DNA from: Candidatus Aenigmatarchaeota archaeon
GTDB lineage: Archaea; Aenigmatarchaeota; Aenigmatarchaeia; PWEA01
Direction: 5' to 3'
Assembly: GCA_003554845.1 (NCBI GenBank)
Contig: PWHK01000020.1
Location: 6,895 to 70,894, forward strand
DNA length: 64,000 nt
The translations under genes and the position numbers were made by a program. Position 1 is the first letter of the stretch; every line of letters begins with the position of its first letter. Of this stretch, positions 38,780 through 48,208 are shown piece by piece. Below the pieces are notes generated by a model. The model searched no databases. It was not told the origin of the DNA and saw nothing but the letters and a program-made list of their open reading frames with translations.

Positions 38780-40009
38780 ATGAAACCTCTAAACGACCAG
38801 AAAGGATCTTCTGTCCTTATTATAATAGTAGTCGGGGTAATAATTATACTCATAGCAGGCAGCCTTGCGACTGTGATGATGAGTCGTATTGCCCAGGACG
38901 TGCTTGGACAAAGTGTCATGTGTGATACTTTTTGTGAGATGCAGTCCACTGTAGAAGAAGTGACAACACTGGATTTTATGCCAAGTCATGGTCCAACCGG
39001 TACATTCATTTTTACACTGGGGTTGGGACCGGCGGGATTAGCTGGATCCAAAGTATGGAACTGGATAGTAGGAGAAGTAGGAAGAGATAGAGAAGATGTT
39101 GCAAGGGATCTGGCAATAGATTACCTAATCCGACCCGAAGGCATGGGTTGTTACTGTGGCGTGTCCGATGCCAGAGGAAAGTATATACACTTTCTGACAC
39201 CCGGTCCTAGCTCAACCAGGCCACATGTGGCCGAGTTCCACCTAACAGAACAGACTCCGGAAAAACATCTCCAAGAAGAGATAATAGATACAGATGGAAA
39301 CACTATATTCAAACACGGTGGTTATGGCCAAAAAAGTAACTGTGAAGATGAACTTAGTAAGATAGATGAACTTGACAACGGTGAGTACTTGGCCGAACTC
39401 GATATATATCCCGGATGTATAATACTTTCAACCACCGATGACAACTGTGCAATATGGGCATTCGATGAAACCTTCGCAATAACCAACGAAGAAGGAAAGT
39501 CCATAAGGGAACAGGCCGAAGAACAGGATAAAATCATATTCGCTAGCACGATAAGGTCCGATGACCCCGTAAACAGCCTGGGTATTGCAGAAGAGATAGA
39601 GGCAAGTGGCAGACACGACTCCCAGAGGATGCTCCTCGAGCATTACGAAGAGGGTATACACCCCTTCCAGGTTTACTTACCTGTGGTCTGTAAATCAGAG
39701 GAAAGAACTGAAAGACGTGTCCAGGATCCACTTGACAGGGCATGTAGAGAACAGTGCCATGACGGAAACACACTTCTATGGGCTTCCAGGTGTTTCGAAG
39801 GACCAGAAGATGCCGGAGAAATCTACCGTCCTCTGGAGGAAGATTTTCTTCCGGAAGACTATGATGAAACCAGGGACCTGTGCCCTGTGGAAGACGATGA
39901 AAATGAAGAGGAAGAAAGTAACGACGAAGATCGTGGTTATCCCTTCTGCCTCTGTAACACTCCCCGAAGTTATTCATGGGAACTAGATGAAGAATACACA
40001 GAGATATGA
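38780..40009 (+). CDS. class III (prepilin-like) signal peptide protein, large cysteine-rich paralog 1
   Basis: MKPLNDQKG|SSVLIIIVVGVIIIL. Shares GCYCGV, HDSQRMLL, PVVCKS, RACREQC and PFCLC ... YSWE motifs with 40033 and 41282. Confidence 0.55.
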   Translation: MKPLNDQKGSSVLIIIVVGVIIILIAGSLATVMMSRIAQDVLGQSVMCDTFCEMQSTVEEVTTLDFMPSHGPTGTFIFTLGLGPAGLAGSKVWNWIVGEVGRDREDVARDLAIDYLIRPEGMGCYCGVSDARGKYIHFLTPGPSSTRPHVAEFHLTEQTPEKHLQEEIIDTDGNTIFKHGGYGQKSNCEDELSKIDELDNGEYLAELDIYPGCIILSTTDDNCAIWAFDETFAITNEEGKSIREQAEEQDKIIFASTIRSDDPVNSLGIAEEIEASGRHDSQRMLLEHYEEGIHPFQVYLPVVCKSEERTERRVQDPLDRACREQCHDGNTLLWASRCFEGPEDAGEIYRPLEEDFLPEDYDETRDLCPVEDDENEEEESNDEDRGYPFCLCNTPRSYSWELDEEYTEI

Positions 40010-40032
40010 TATCTTGAATTTTTGTGATGTAA

Positions 40033-41136
40033 ATGATTGACGAAAAAGGCAGTTCATTTCTATTCATAATAGTTGTAGCTATAATCTTATCTCTGATCGT
40101 TGGTTCTTTAATTACAGGTGCATTTGCTATGACAGTAAGGACTGTGGTCGGAACCGATCTTTCCTGTCCGACCTTCTGTGCAGTTCAAGCAGACATAGAG
40201 GAATACAGCATGGCAGATATAATGCTACCATCCGTACTACCATTCATAGAGGAAAGCTCGGATGGAATTGCCCATAAAGTAGCAGACTGGATAATACAGC
40301 CAGAAGGACTCGGTTGTTACTGTGGTGTCAAAGAAAGAAGTGGAAGATACATTCATTTTCACACAGGTCCTCCTGGAGAAAGGTCAATAAGAGAACTTCA
40401 CTTGACGGATCAGGACCCACACATACATCTCGACTATCATGTCGGGGATTCCGATGGAAACACATTATTCGACCACAGCTTCGACAAGAGCAACTGCGAG
40501 GAAGACATAAACAGTTTAAAAGAGGTACAGTACTACCAAGACGTCGGCTGTGTAATCGTGGTTAACTCCGACGGAGGATACTGCTCTATACATGTAATAG
40601 GAGAAGGTTCGGTTATAGAAAACAACATAGGTGAAAGTATACAGGATCAGGTTGAAATCAGGGAAACATTAACGACAAACTACGACGAAAACGATCCTAT
40701 TTCGTTTTTTGAAATCGGCGACAGATACAACGTACCTCGATTTGTACATGAAGAAGGAGATATTCTAACATACACGATAGGAGGCCAGCCCTACCAGCAC
40801 GACTCCCAGAGGATGCTCCTCCGGGACTACGACGAATACCTAGGAGCTAAGTTCGCTCTCTATGCTCCTGTTGTCTGCAGAACCTCGGTAGCAGAAGGAC
40901 AGGAAGTTCAGACAAAACTTGATGAAAAATGCAGAGAACAGTGCAAAGAAGACAGGAAGATTTTTCTGTCTTCTGCATGCCATGATATTCCCAGGGAAGG
41001 ATACAAACCGCTACGTGATGAACACCACGAAGAAGACACTTTCTGTGAAAAGGAGGGTAAAGGTCCGTACTGCAGATGTATGCACGAGAAACGGTACTAC
41101 TGGGAGGTAGACGAGGATTATTCGAGAGAAAACTAA
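40033..41136 (+). CDS. class III signal peptide protein, large cysteine-rich paralog 2
   Basis: MIDEKG|SSFLFIIVVAIIL. Same conserved Cys framework. Confidence 0.55.
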   Translation: MIDEKGSSFLFIIVVAIILSLIVGSLITGAFAMTVRTVVGTDLSCPTFCAVQADIEEYSMADIMLPSVLPFIEESSDGIAHKVADWIIQPEGLGCYCGVKERSGRYIHFHTGPPGERSIRELHLTDQDPHIHLDYHVGDSDGNTLFDHSFDKSNCEEDINSLKEVQYYQDVGCVIVVNSDGGYCSIHVIGEGSVIENNIGESIQDQVEIRETLTTNYDENDPISFFEIGDRYNVPRFVHEEGDILTYTIGGQPYQHDSQRMLLRDYDEYLGAKFALYAPVVCRTSVAEGQEVQTKLDEKCREQCKEDRKIFLSSACHDIPREGYKPLRDEHHEEDTFCEKEGKGPYCRCMHEKRYYWEVDEDYSREN

Positions 41137-41168
41137 AAAATAAAAAACAAAATATATTGAATGATACC

Positions 41169-41282
41169 ATGGAAGCAAATATTTCGGTCCTGCTCTGGGT
41201 GATGGTAGCTTTTGTCCTATTTGCACTTTTGGTTGTATTTACTGCCATGTTCTTTGCCGATACATTTGGGATTTTGATATAA
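41169..41282 (+). CDS. small hydrophobic ORF (37 aa, MEANISVLLWVMVAFVLFALLVVF ...)
   Basis: Single TM helix. Its TAA stop overlaps the ATG of the next gene (TAATG). Confidence 0.3.
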   Translation: MEANISVLLWVMVAFVLFALLVVFTAMFFADTFGILI

Positions 41283-42571
41283 TGAAAAACAACATGATCA
41301 ATCAAAAGGGAGCATCGGTAGTTGCCCTGTTTGTAATAATAATTATAATGGTGAGTGCATGGGTTTTAATACAAAGTATAGGCCCCATAACCAGAGCTTC
41401 TATGGAAACCGAGGTATCATGTCCCCTCTTCTGTGATATACATTCAGGCGTGGAGGAATACTCTAGATGGGCATGGTGGCCTGGGTGGCTAGGAGGAAGT
41501 GTAAGCTGGTCCGATATATTTACGAACGAACTCAGAAAAAACATGGTGGAGCCTAAATCAATGGGCTGTTACTGTGGTGTCCAGGAAGAAAGGGGGAAGT
41601 TTATTCACTTCCAGGGAACTACCAGCAGTCTATATGAATTCCACATGACCGATCAGGATCCACTAATGCATCTTCGTATGAAAGCCGATCCGTTTGATCA
41701 CAGACCATCTGATGAATCAACGGTTGAATCATGCCGGTTAGTTGTAGAAAACTACGGAGAACAGTTCAGCCCACCTGTATATGATCCAACCGATCTTCAC
41801 AAGGTTCAGGGATGTATAATTGTTTCTGAATCACCAGGCTGTGCAGTATGGGTATTTGGAGAAGGTTTTTCGATAAGAAGAGATTCAGAGAATTCTATCT
41901 GGGAACAGGCACAGGAACAGGAAAGAGACATAGAAGCCTTTTCCATAGATAGAGGAGAAGACCCTGTTTCAGATCTAAATATAGGCGAAACTATACATGT
42001 CTCGAGTTCAAAGGACCCCTCTCAGAGAATGCTCCTCCGGGAATATGAAAGCGGCGACCGAGATTTCAATCTCTCTACATCCGTGGTATGTAAAAGCATT
42101 GAAACAGCTAAAACAATGCCCACAGATCAACTGGACAGGGCTTGCAACGAATACTGTTCGGACAAGGGTCTCTTCTTTCTAAACTCTGCTTGTCTACAAG
42201 AAAAAAGAAGGGGTTACAATACTCTCCCTGAAGAGTACATAGAACAAGAGAGGAGTGATCTCTGCCCTGAAACAGGAGAACTCCCCTTCTGCCTCTGTGC
42301 TGGTGAAAAGGAATACTACTGGGAAACATACTGGGAAGATTTTTATACAATAACGGTAGAAACCCAGGGTAGTGGAACCGTTGATATCAACCCCGATCTA
42401 GACGAATACTACAGAGGTCAGGGAGTATTACTGGAAGCAGAGGCGGACAACGAATGGGAGTTCAGCCACTGGGAAGGCAACTATCCCACTGGACAAAAAG
42501 AAGATTCGGAGATAACGATAACAGTAGATGGTAACATGGTGCTTAGTGCTGTATTTGAATCAGAGCATTGA
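41282..42571 (+). CDS. class III signal peptide protein, large cysteine-rich paralog 3 (extra C-terminal domain)
   Basis: MKNNMINQKG|ASVVALFVIIII. Carries GCYCGV, PSQRMLL, VVCKS, RACNEYC and PFCLC ... YYWE motifs. Confidence 0.55.
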   Translation: MKNNMINQKGASVVALFVIIIIMVSAWVLIQSIGPITRASMETEVSCPLFCDIHSGVEEYSRWAWWPGWLGGSVSWSDIFTNELRKNMVEPKSMGCYCGVQEERGKFIHFQGTTSSLYEFHMTDQDPLMHLRMKADPFDHRPSDESTVESCRLVVENYGEQFSPPVYDPTDLHKVQGCIIVSESPGCAVWVFGEGFSIRRDSENSIWEQAQEQERDIEAFSIDRGEDPVSDLNIGETIHVSSSKDPSQRMLLREYESGDRDFNLSTSVVCKSIETAKTMPTDQLDRACNEYCSDKGLFFLNSACLQEKRRGYNTLPEEYIEQERSDLCPETGELPFCLCAGEKEYYWETYWEDFYTITVETQGSGTVDINPDLDEYYRGQGVLLEAEADNEWEFSHWEGNYPTGQKEDSEITITVDGNMVLSAVFESEH

Positions 42572-42633
42572 GATCCCTCATTAGATTAAAACTTATAACA
42601 CATAGCCAACATGTATAATATGAGGATGTTTGC

Positions 42634-42816
42634 ATGGAAAGAAATTCTAAATATATCTTTTCCAGTGGTGAGATAAGCATACAGGTCGTAATCATAATAA
42701 TACTCATGTTGATAGGACTCACTGTTGTCCTTATAATATCATCCGGTGTCGGTGGTTTTGGAACAAATGTATCATCGAATATAATGGGATATCTAGCAGA
42801 TGCTATAGGTGCATGA
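42634..42816 (+). CDS. small pilin-like protein (60 aa)
   Basis: Short polar N-terminus then a long hydrophobic helix. Confidence 0.35.
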   Translation: MERNSKYIFSSGEISIQVVIIIILMLIGLTVVLIISSGVGGFGTNVSSNIMGYLADAIGA

Positions 42817-42818
42817 AA

Positions 42819-42971
42819 ATGGAATACGATAAAAAAGGTTTTATAAGTATAATTATGCTTCTGATCATAGCACTTGTGGCACTATCGGTGGGTCTTATGC
42901 TTATACATGCCTTTTGGGGAGGCGGAGGAGGCTTGTTGAATCTACTCATTCAGAGACTCCAAATGGTATAG
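42819..42971 (+). CDS. small pilin-like ORF (about 50 aa, MEYDKKG|FISIIMLLIIALV)
   Basis: Translated by hand. KKG-hydrophobic class III-like start. Not in the supplied track (under 60 aa). Confidence 0.3.
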   Translation: MEYDKKGFISIIMLLIIALVALSVGLMLIHAFWGGGGGLLNLLIQRLQMV

Positions 42972-42979
42972 GTGAAAAA

Positions 42980-43126
42980 ATGTCTATATTCAACGATACG
43001 CTTATAATTTTTCAAAAAAACACAAAGATAATATTCGCCTTAATAGTTTTTGCCCTTCTTATAGGTATACTTTACTACACAATAAATCCTCTGATAGACA
43101 CGTTAATGGGGGCTATAGGTTATTGA
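42980..43126 (+). CDS. small membrane ORF (48 aa)
   Basis: MSIFNDTLIIFQKNTKIIFALIVFALLIGILYY ... Confidence 0.3.
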   Translation: MSIFNDTLIIFQKNTKIIFALIVFALLIGILYYTINPLIDTLMGAIGY

Positions 43127-43127
43127 T

Positions 43128-43844
43128 ATGAACATAATCAACAAGAAGGGTTCAAGATCGCAGAGCGAGTTCATATTTCTTGCAATAAAGGCAGTAATAG
43201 GTATCTTGGCTATAGGTGTTATTGCATTGAGTGTCAGGGGCATGGAGACAGGCTGTAGTACACATGACGAAAATCCATCGGCATGTATAAGCAATACAGA
43301 ATGCAGACCTGCGGTCAGAAGAGAAAAAAGCACATTTTCTATACCTGTTGATATTATGCGGTCTGTAGATATAGTCTATCATACAGAAATAACCGGCGAT
43401 ATAGAATGTCGGGATTCCATAAGGACTCCCAACAACAGATACCACGCCGCAGAGGATGCTCAGTGTGTCTGTCCTGTTGGGTGGGAAGTAATTTTAGACA
43501 GAGAAGATCAGTACTATGGAGTCTGTAGGCTACCAGGAACCAACAACTATCACCCATGTGAGTATCCACCCGACGGCGAACGACAGGAAACAGAATTCAA
43601 AGACATGTGTGAAGATGGAGATAGATACCACGGAGAAGTCTGGATCGACGGAACAGATGAAGAAGCTCCAAATATGTGCTGCGATGATGGAGATACAAAA
43701 GAGTGTGACTCCGATAACATAGATGAAAAATGTGGTGATCTGGTCTGTATTGAAATAGAGGTTGAAGTCGAAGACGGAGAAGAGGAAGAAATCACTTTCT
43801 GGATAGATGAAGAGAGTGTACCTGATATAGAATACATAATTTAA
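43128..43844 (+). CDS. class III signal peptide protein, cysteine-rich mid-size paralog A
   Basis: MNIINKKG|S ... GCSTHDENPSACISNTECRPAV and YHGEVW ... CCDDGDTKEC shared with 43872. Confidence 0.5.
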   Translation: MNIINKKGSRSQSEFIFLAIKAVIGILAIGVIALSVRGMETGCSTHDENPSACISNTECRPAVRREKSTFSIPVDIMRSVDIVYHTEITGDIECRDSIRTPNNRYHAAEDAQCVCPVGWEVILDREDQYYGVCRLPGTNNYHPCEYPPDGERQETEFKDMCEDGDRYHGEVWIDGTDEEAPNMCCDDGDTKECDSDNIDEKCGDLVCIEIEVEVEDGEEEEITFWIDEESVPDIEYII

Positions 43845-43871
43845 AATACACAAAATAAAAAATGAAGCAGA

Positions 43872-44528
43872 ATGTTTTCAAAAAAAGGTACTGCTAAATC
43901 ACAGGAAGAAACACTTTGGTTTATAATCAAGATAGCTATAGTAATCATAGGATTTGTAATTCTAATTGTTGCTTTTCTTAGGATGGAGGCAGGCTGTAGC
44001 AGGCATGATGAAAATCCATCGGCATGTATAAGCGACGAGAGCTGTAGACCTGCAGTTAAAGAGGTGGACTCAGGATGGGACATATATGCATCACTGTATG
44101 GATCATACCGAACGGAAGTGGTGGGTAAGATAGAGTGCAAAGAATCCGTAAGAAAACCTGATACAAGACACCACGCAGCCCATGATGGAAAATGTATATG
44201 CCCGGGTTTCTGGGAAGAAATTATAGACAGAAATCATGACTACTTCGGTGTATGCTATACTGATTACAATGGAGAAGAAATGTACTATCCTTGTCAGTAT
44301 GGCCTAAATGTTCAGGTCGAGGAAATAAAGGACAGTTGCGAAAGCGTTGAAAAATACCACGGAGAAGTATGGGGCTCCGGTTGGAATACCCCCGATAGAT
44401 GTTGCGATGACGGCGAAGTAAAGAAATGTAATATACTCAACAGTGGTGAAACTTGCGCAGACTATACATGCAGATCTGGCCCAGCCAAGCATCAGGTTGT
44501 CGATATCCAGTACTACTGGCAGCCATAA
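43872..44528 (+). CDS. class III signal peptide protein, cysteine-rich mid-size paralog B
   Basis: MFSKKG|T ... GCSRHDENPSACISDESCRPAV and YHGEVW ... CCDDGEVKKC. Confidence 0.5.
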   Translation: MFSKKGTAKSQEETLWFIIKIAIVIIGFVILIVAFLRMEAGCSRHDENPSACISDESCRPAVKEVDSGWDIYASLYGSYRTEVVGKIECKESVRKPDTRHHAAHDGKCICPGFWEEIIDRNHDYFGVCYTDYNGEEMYYPCQYGLNVQVEEIKDSCESVEKYHGEVWGSGWNTPDRCCDDGEVKKCNILNSGETCADYTCRSGPAKHQVVDIQYYWQP

Positions 44529-44572
44529 ACTGCAGTGCACCTTTCAAAAAGATTTAAACAAACACAACAAAG

Positions 44573-44995
44573 TTGTATACGATGAACACCCCAGCAAAGG
44601 GCATAGGCGTAGGAAAATCCCTTACGTTAATACTGATACTGGTTATTCTCTTGTTTACAACCGTCTTAATAGGTGATATATTTACATCCGTGCTTGGTAT
44701 GGGCGTAGGAGATGAGTTCCACATTACAATGGGAGAATTATCTGTATCCTACACTACATCTAGCTCTTTTCAGGAAAAAACTGTTATAGAAGAAAATCTT
44801 CCGATGGCCTGCGAAAAAGTTGTATTTAGAAACAGCACACTAAAGGCCTACCTGGAACATGATGAATTTTACTTTATACCATATACCACACAAGAAATGG
44901 ATAAAGACTTTGAGGTGGAATGTGATTCCTTTGGTAGGGTAAAGTTTATTGACGGAAGGATAGAATCATCTAGCCCTGTCGCTGGAACATTTTAA
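44573..44995 (+). CDS. pilin-like protein (140 aa)
   Basis: MYTMNTPAKG|IGVGKSLTLILILVILLF. Confidence 0.45.
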   Translation: MYTMNTPAKGIGVGKSLTLILILVILLFTTVLIGDIFTSVLGMGVGDEFHITMGELSVSYTTSSSFQEKTVIEENLPMACEKVVFRNSTLKAYLEHDEFYFIPYTTQEMDKDFEVECDSFGRVKFIDGRIESSSPVAGTF

Positions 44996-44997
44996 TT

Positions 44998-45888
44998 ATG
45001 GTGCATAAAATGAAAAACAAAGGAACAACCGGAGGAGACTACATATGGCAGATACTGTTTGTTATAGTAACGATAACCTATCTTGGTGCCTTTTATGTTA
45101 TATTTATAGCCGGTTCAACAGTAGATGTCGAAGGTTTTGAAAGAACCCAGGGAAGACTACAGAGTTCCGCTGCCCACACCAGACTTTTGTCACATCCCGA
45201 TTTTATTTCTACAGGAGAGATCGGCGTATTCGATGAATCACTTCTCAATTCCAAGAACGGCACAGAGAAGCTAGAAGAACTCTACAACCCATCGCTCTGG
45301 ATTTATGTAGAGATAGAAAACATGGAAAACGACGATAAATACATATTTGGTACACCCGGGCCCCTGAAAGCAACGGAAGGATGGTTGACTGAGGATGGGA
45401 ATATGGATACATGGGAAGATGAAGAAATGAGTTCCTGGGATCACGTGGTCGGTAGATACAGTACATTAGTAAACATAGACACCGGCGACGGATTCGATCT
45501 AGCTAAACTATATCTTTACTTCCGGCAGATACCCGACCCTATGATAAAGTTAAAGGAGGGTATTCATATAGCCAGGGAAGAAGGAAGCCATACAGTTACA
45601 CTTTTGCACCCAATCGCGATATGCTGGGAGTACGACTACACGCTATCGGGAAGATACTGCTCAGAAGACGAAGATTCCTTTTCAATAGACGTAAGCCACT
45701 CAGATAAAATAAAGGGTAGTTTTGGTGGATACATGCACCTGAAAGACGTAGAGTTGAAGGCATTCAACGAGGAAGAGGAAAAGTTCGAGATAGACCCGCC
45801 CGGTAGGTTCACGGATGGAAAAATAGACATAGAACTTGCTCATACCGGCGGTAAAACGGTAGAATATGAAATAGTTGACAGATGGTAA
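44998..45888 (+). CDS. pilin-like protein (296 aa)
   Basis: MVHKMKNKG|TTGGDYIWQILFVIVTITYLGAF. Confidence 0.45.
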   Translation: MVHKMKNKGTTGGDYIWQILFVIVTITYLGAFYVIFIAGSTVDVEGFERTQGRLQSSAAHTRLLSHPDFISTGEIGVFDESLLNSKNGTEKLEELYNPSLWIYVEIENMENDDKYIFGTPGPLKATEGWLTEDGNMDTWEDEEMSSWDHVVGRYSTLVNIDTGDGFDLAKLYLYFRQIPDPMIKLKEGIHIAREEGSHTVTLLHPIAICWEYDYTLSGRYCSEDEDSFSIDVSHSDKIKGSFGGYMHLKDVELKAFNEEEEKFEIDPPGRFTDGKIDIELAHTGGKTVEYEIVDRW

Positions 45889-46420
45889 AATGAAAAAATT
45901 AATCGGTAGAAAGGGTGGCTTTATGGTCTTGTTAGCCACGCTTATATTCACCGCCGTGTTCTTAATTACTCTGTTTATAGTCGGTCCCTTTATAGGAGGG
46001 GCGCAGATGGAAATAGAAGTAATGTCAGAAAATCCCGCCGGATTCAGCATAGAGAAAAACACACTTCTCAGAACCAATGAAACAAAAAGAAAACTTATGG
46101 CTTTTGGTGAGGGAGATGAATCAGTAGACGAATCCATCGCCAGGACAAGCGACAAATTCGGTGGGACCTATTCGGATTCCCATATACTACTTTTTAGGTT
46201 CGAAAAGGATGATGATGTAGAGATAGTCGGTTTTTCGTGTTCGGATGGATGTGGATACATAGAAGGATATGAAGAAGAGATGGATATTATCTTAAAAAAT
46301 TCAGAAGTAGTAGCACCGAGACCCATAATGTTACCAAAAGGCAAGATGGGATCCTCATATTCTGTCTACTTCAACCCCGAGGAAATGGCCGCACGGGTTA
46401 TGCAAGGCACACAATATTAA
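45875..46420 (+). CDS. pilin-like protein (181 aa)
   Basis: GRKG|GFMVLLATLIFTAVFLITLFIV. Overlaps the previous gene by 14 nt. Confidence 0.45.
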   Translation: MTDGKMKKLIGRKGGFMVLLATLIFTAVFLITLFIVGPFIGGAQMEIEVMSENPAGFSIEKNTLLRTNETKRKLMAFGEGDESVDESIARTSDKFGGTYSDSHILLFRFEKDDDVEIVGFSCSDGCGYIEGYEEEMDIILKNSEVVAPRPIMLPKGKMGSSYSVYFNPEEMAARVMQGTQY

Positions 46421-46427
46421 TGATAAA

Positions 46428-46985
46428 ATGTTAGGAAACAAGGGATTGAAAATTACGATATTAGTTTTCTCGGCAGTATTGATAGGCGTTACCTTAGCAA
46501 CAGCGGTAGTTGTGGGTGTAATGACGTACCACGGAGAGGAACAGTCCTGGTTCGGACAGGGTGAAAGAGTTACAGCAAAGGTCCAGTACGATCATGCACT
46601 GGGTGCAGTAGAAGATTCGTTTTTACTGGGTATATACTGGGGTATACAGGAATCAGGCAATGACTGGGAAAATGCAGAAGAATCCATCGAGGAAGAAATA
46701 GAAGAAAAAATAAAGCATTATTTGGATAGGATAGAAGGTTTTTACGAAGGTAGTTATGATACGCAACCCATCTATCTTGAAACAAGAATACGGATCGATG
46801 ATGTTGAAATTGAATTATACTTAGACGAAGAAACCATAGACAGTGTAAAGATGTCAGGTAATATGACTTCCTACAGGAACCAGCCCTCGATAGCAATATC
46901 CGATGATTTTTACATCGAAGAAAACTTCCAGGAAAACTACTCAACGCTCTATGATATGTCAAATAATCCATTAGAAAATATGTAA
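46428..46985 (+). CDS. pilin-like protein (185 aa)
   Basis: MLGNKG|LKITILVFSAVLIGVTLA. Confidence 0.45.
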   Translation: MLGNKGLKITILVFSAVLIGVTLATAVVVGVMTYHGEEQSWFGQGERVTAKVQYDHALGAVEDSFLLGIYWGIQESGNDWENAEESIEEEIEEKIKHYLDRIEGFYEGSYDTQPIYLETRIRIDDVEIELYLDEETIDSVKMSGNMTSYRNQPSIAISDDFYIEENFQENYSTLYDMSNNPLENM

Positions 46986-47020
46986 ATTTTATAAGAAAGG
47001 GAGGGTCATTTAACATTAAG

Positions 47021-48001
47021 ATGAAGGAAAAGGGGTTCATGTTTGGAATAACACCGGTCGTTCTTTTAATCCTAGGTGGTTTGGTCGTGCTTGTATTTTC
47101 CGTGGGATCGGGAACCTTTTTGGAAATTTCTGAAGGTCTTATAGATGTAGGAGAGGAGGAGGCAAGAAGGGTCCACAGGAGATTTAAATATCCTATCTTG
47201 AGACATGAACTTCCAGAGGAAGGATTTCCCGATGAAGGATCGGGACAGGTTGTGACCTCCTGTAGATCCATAGGATCAGAGGGTTCTTATCAACTACAGG
47301 ACTCTATAGAATGCCCTGATCACGAACCAATCGAAGAGTTCAGGGGAACGCTGGATGGCCGTGGACATGAAATATCCGATCTAAATGTACCTCTATTTGA
47401 AATGATATCATCGGAGGGCACTGTGAAAAACATTAGAGTTTCAGGGGTGGATATACATCAAGAAGACTCCGCAGGCGGTCTTTCGGTGACAAACCAAGGA
47501 ACAGTTGAAAGGGTACATGTTTCCGGAACAGTTCAGGGCGGAAGCTATGTTGGTGGCCTTACTGGAATAAACAGTGGAAATATAAGGAAATCTTCCTCCA
47601 CGGCAGACGTAGGTGGAACAATCAATGTAGGAGTACTGGTAGGACAACATACCTCCGGCTCCGTAATAAATTCATATACGATCGGTTCTGTAAAAGGCAT
47701 ATCAAATGTAGGCGGATTAATAGGTTCTGGAAGTGGAGAAGTAGATAAAACATATGCAGCCAGTTATGTAGATGGTTCTACCAATGTACAAGGGTTGGTA
47801 GGATCTGGTTCTGCCAATTCAGTTAAAAACTCCTTCTGGAGCACTGACACATCTGGAATTCTCCCTGAAGAAATTTCTGGGAGTATTATAGGAACGCCGA
47901 AAGTCGACGAAGCCATGGAAGACAAGGAAATCTATGTTTCCACGAGAACGGATGGTCTAGAAGAGCCATGGGACTTCGATGAAATATGGACCATGGGGTA
48001 A
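47021..48001 (+). CDS. pilin-like protein with GLUG-type glycine-rich repeats
   Basis: MKEKG|FMFGITPVVLLILGG. Then about four ~27-aa repeats containing GGLTG / GGLIG / QGLVG, ending FWSTDTSG, as in GLUG-motif surface proteins. Confidence 0.55.
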   Translation: MKEKGFMFGITPVVLLILGGLVVLVFSVGSGTFLEISEGLIDVGEEEARRVHRRFKYPILRHELPEEGFPDEGSGQVVTSCRSIGSEGSYQLQDSIECPDHEPIEEFRGTLDGRGHEISDLNVPLFEMISSEGTVKNIRVSGVDIHQEDSAGGLSVTNQGTVERVHVSGTVQGGSYVGGLTGINSGNIRKSSSTADVGGTINVGVLVGQHTSGSVINSYTIGSVKGISNVGGLIGSGSGEVDKTYAASYVDGSTNVQGLVGSGSANSVKNSFWSTDTSGILPEEISGSIIGTPKVDEAMEDKEIYVSTRTDGLEEPWDFDEIWTMG

Positions 48002-48002
48002 A

Positions 48003-48164
48003 ATGAACTACATTCTTTCAAAAAAAGGGCTACAGTTCCATATTCTACTTTACATAATACTGGGACTTATCGTACTAACTATCATCGCTACCCAAGCACT
48101 AACCACAGAAGGATTCTTCGATGGGTTTTCCGATCTACTTAGGGAGATTATATTTTCAAGCTAA
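48003..48164 (+). CDS. small pilin-like protein (53 aa)
   Basis: MNYILSKKG|LQFHILLYIILGLIVL. Internal Met of the listed ORF chosen as start. Confidence 0.35.
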   Translation: MNYILSKKGLQFHILLYIILGLIVLTIIATQALTTEGFFDGFSDLLREIIFSS

Positions 48165-48208
48165 GTTAAACCATAAGTTTTAAATCAGACAGTCGATAAG
48201 GTTTAACC

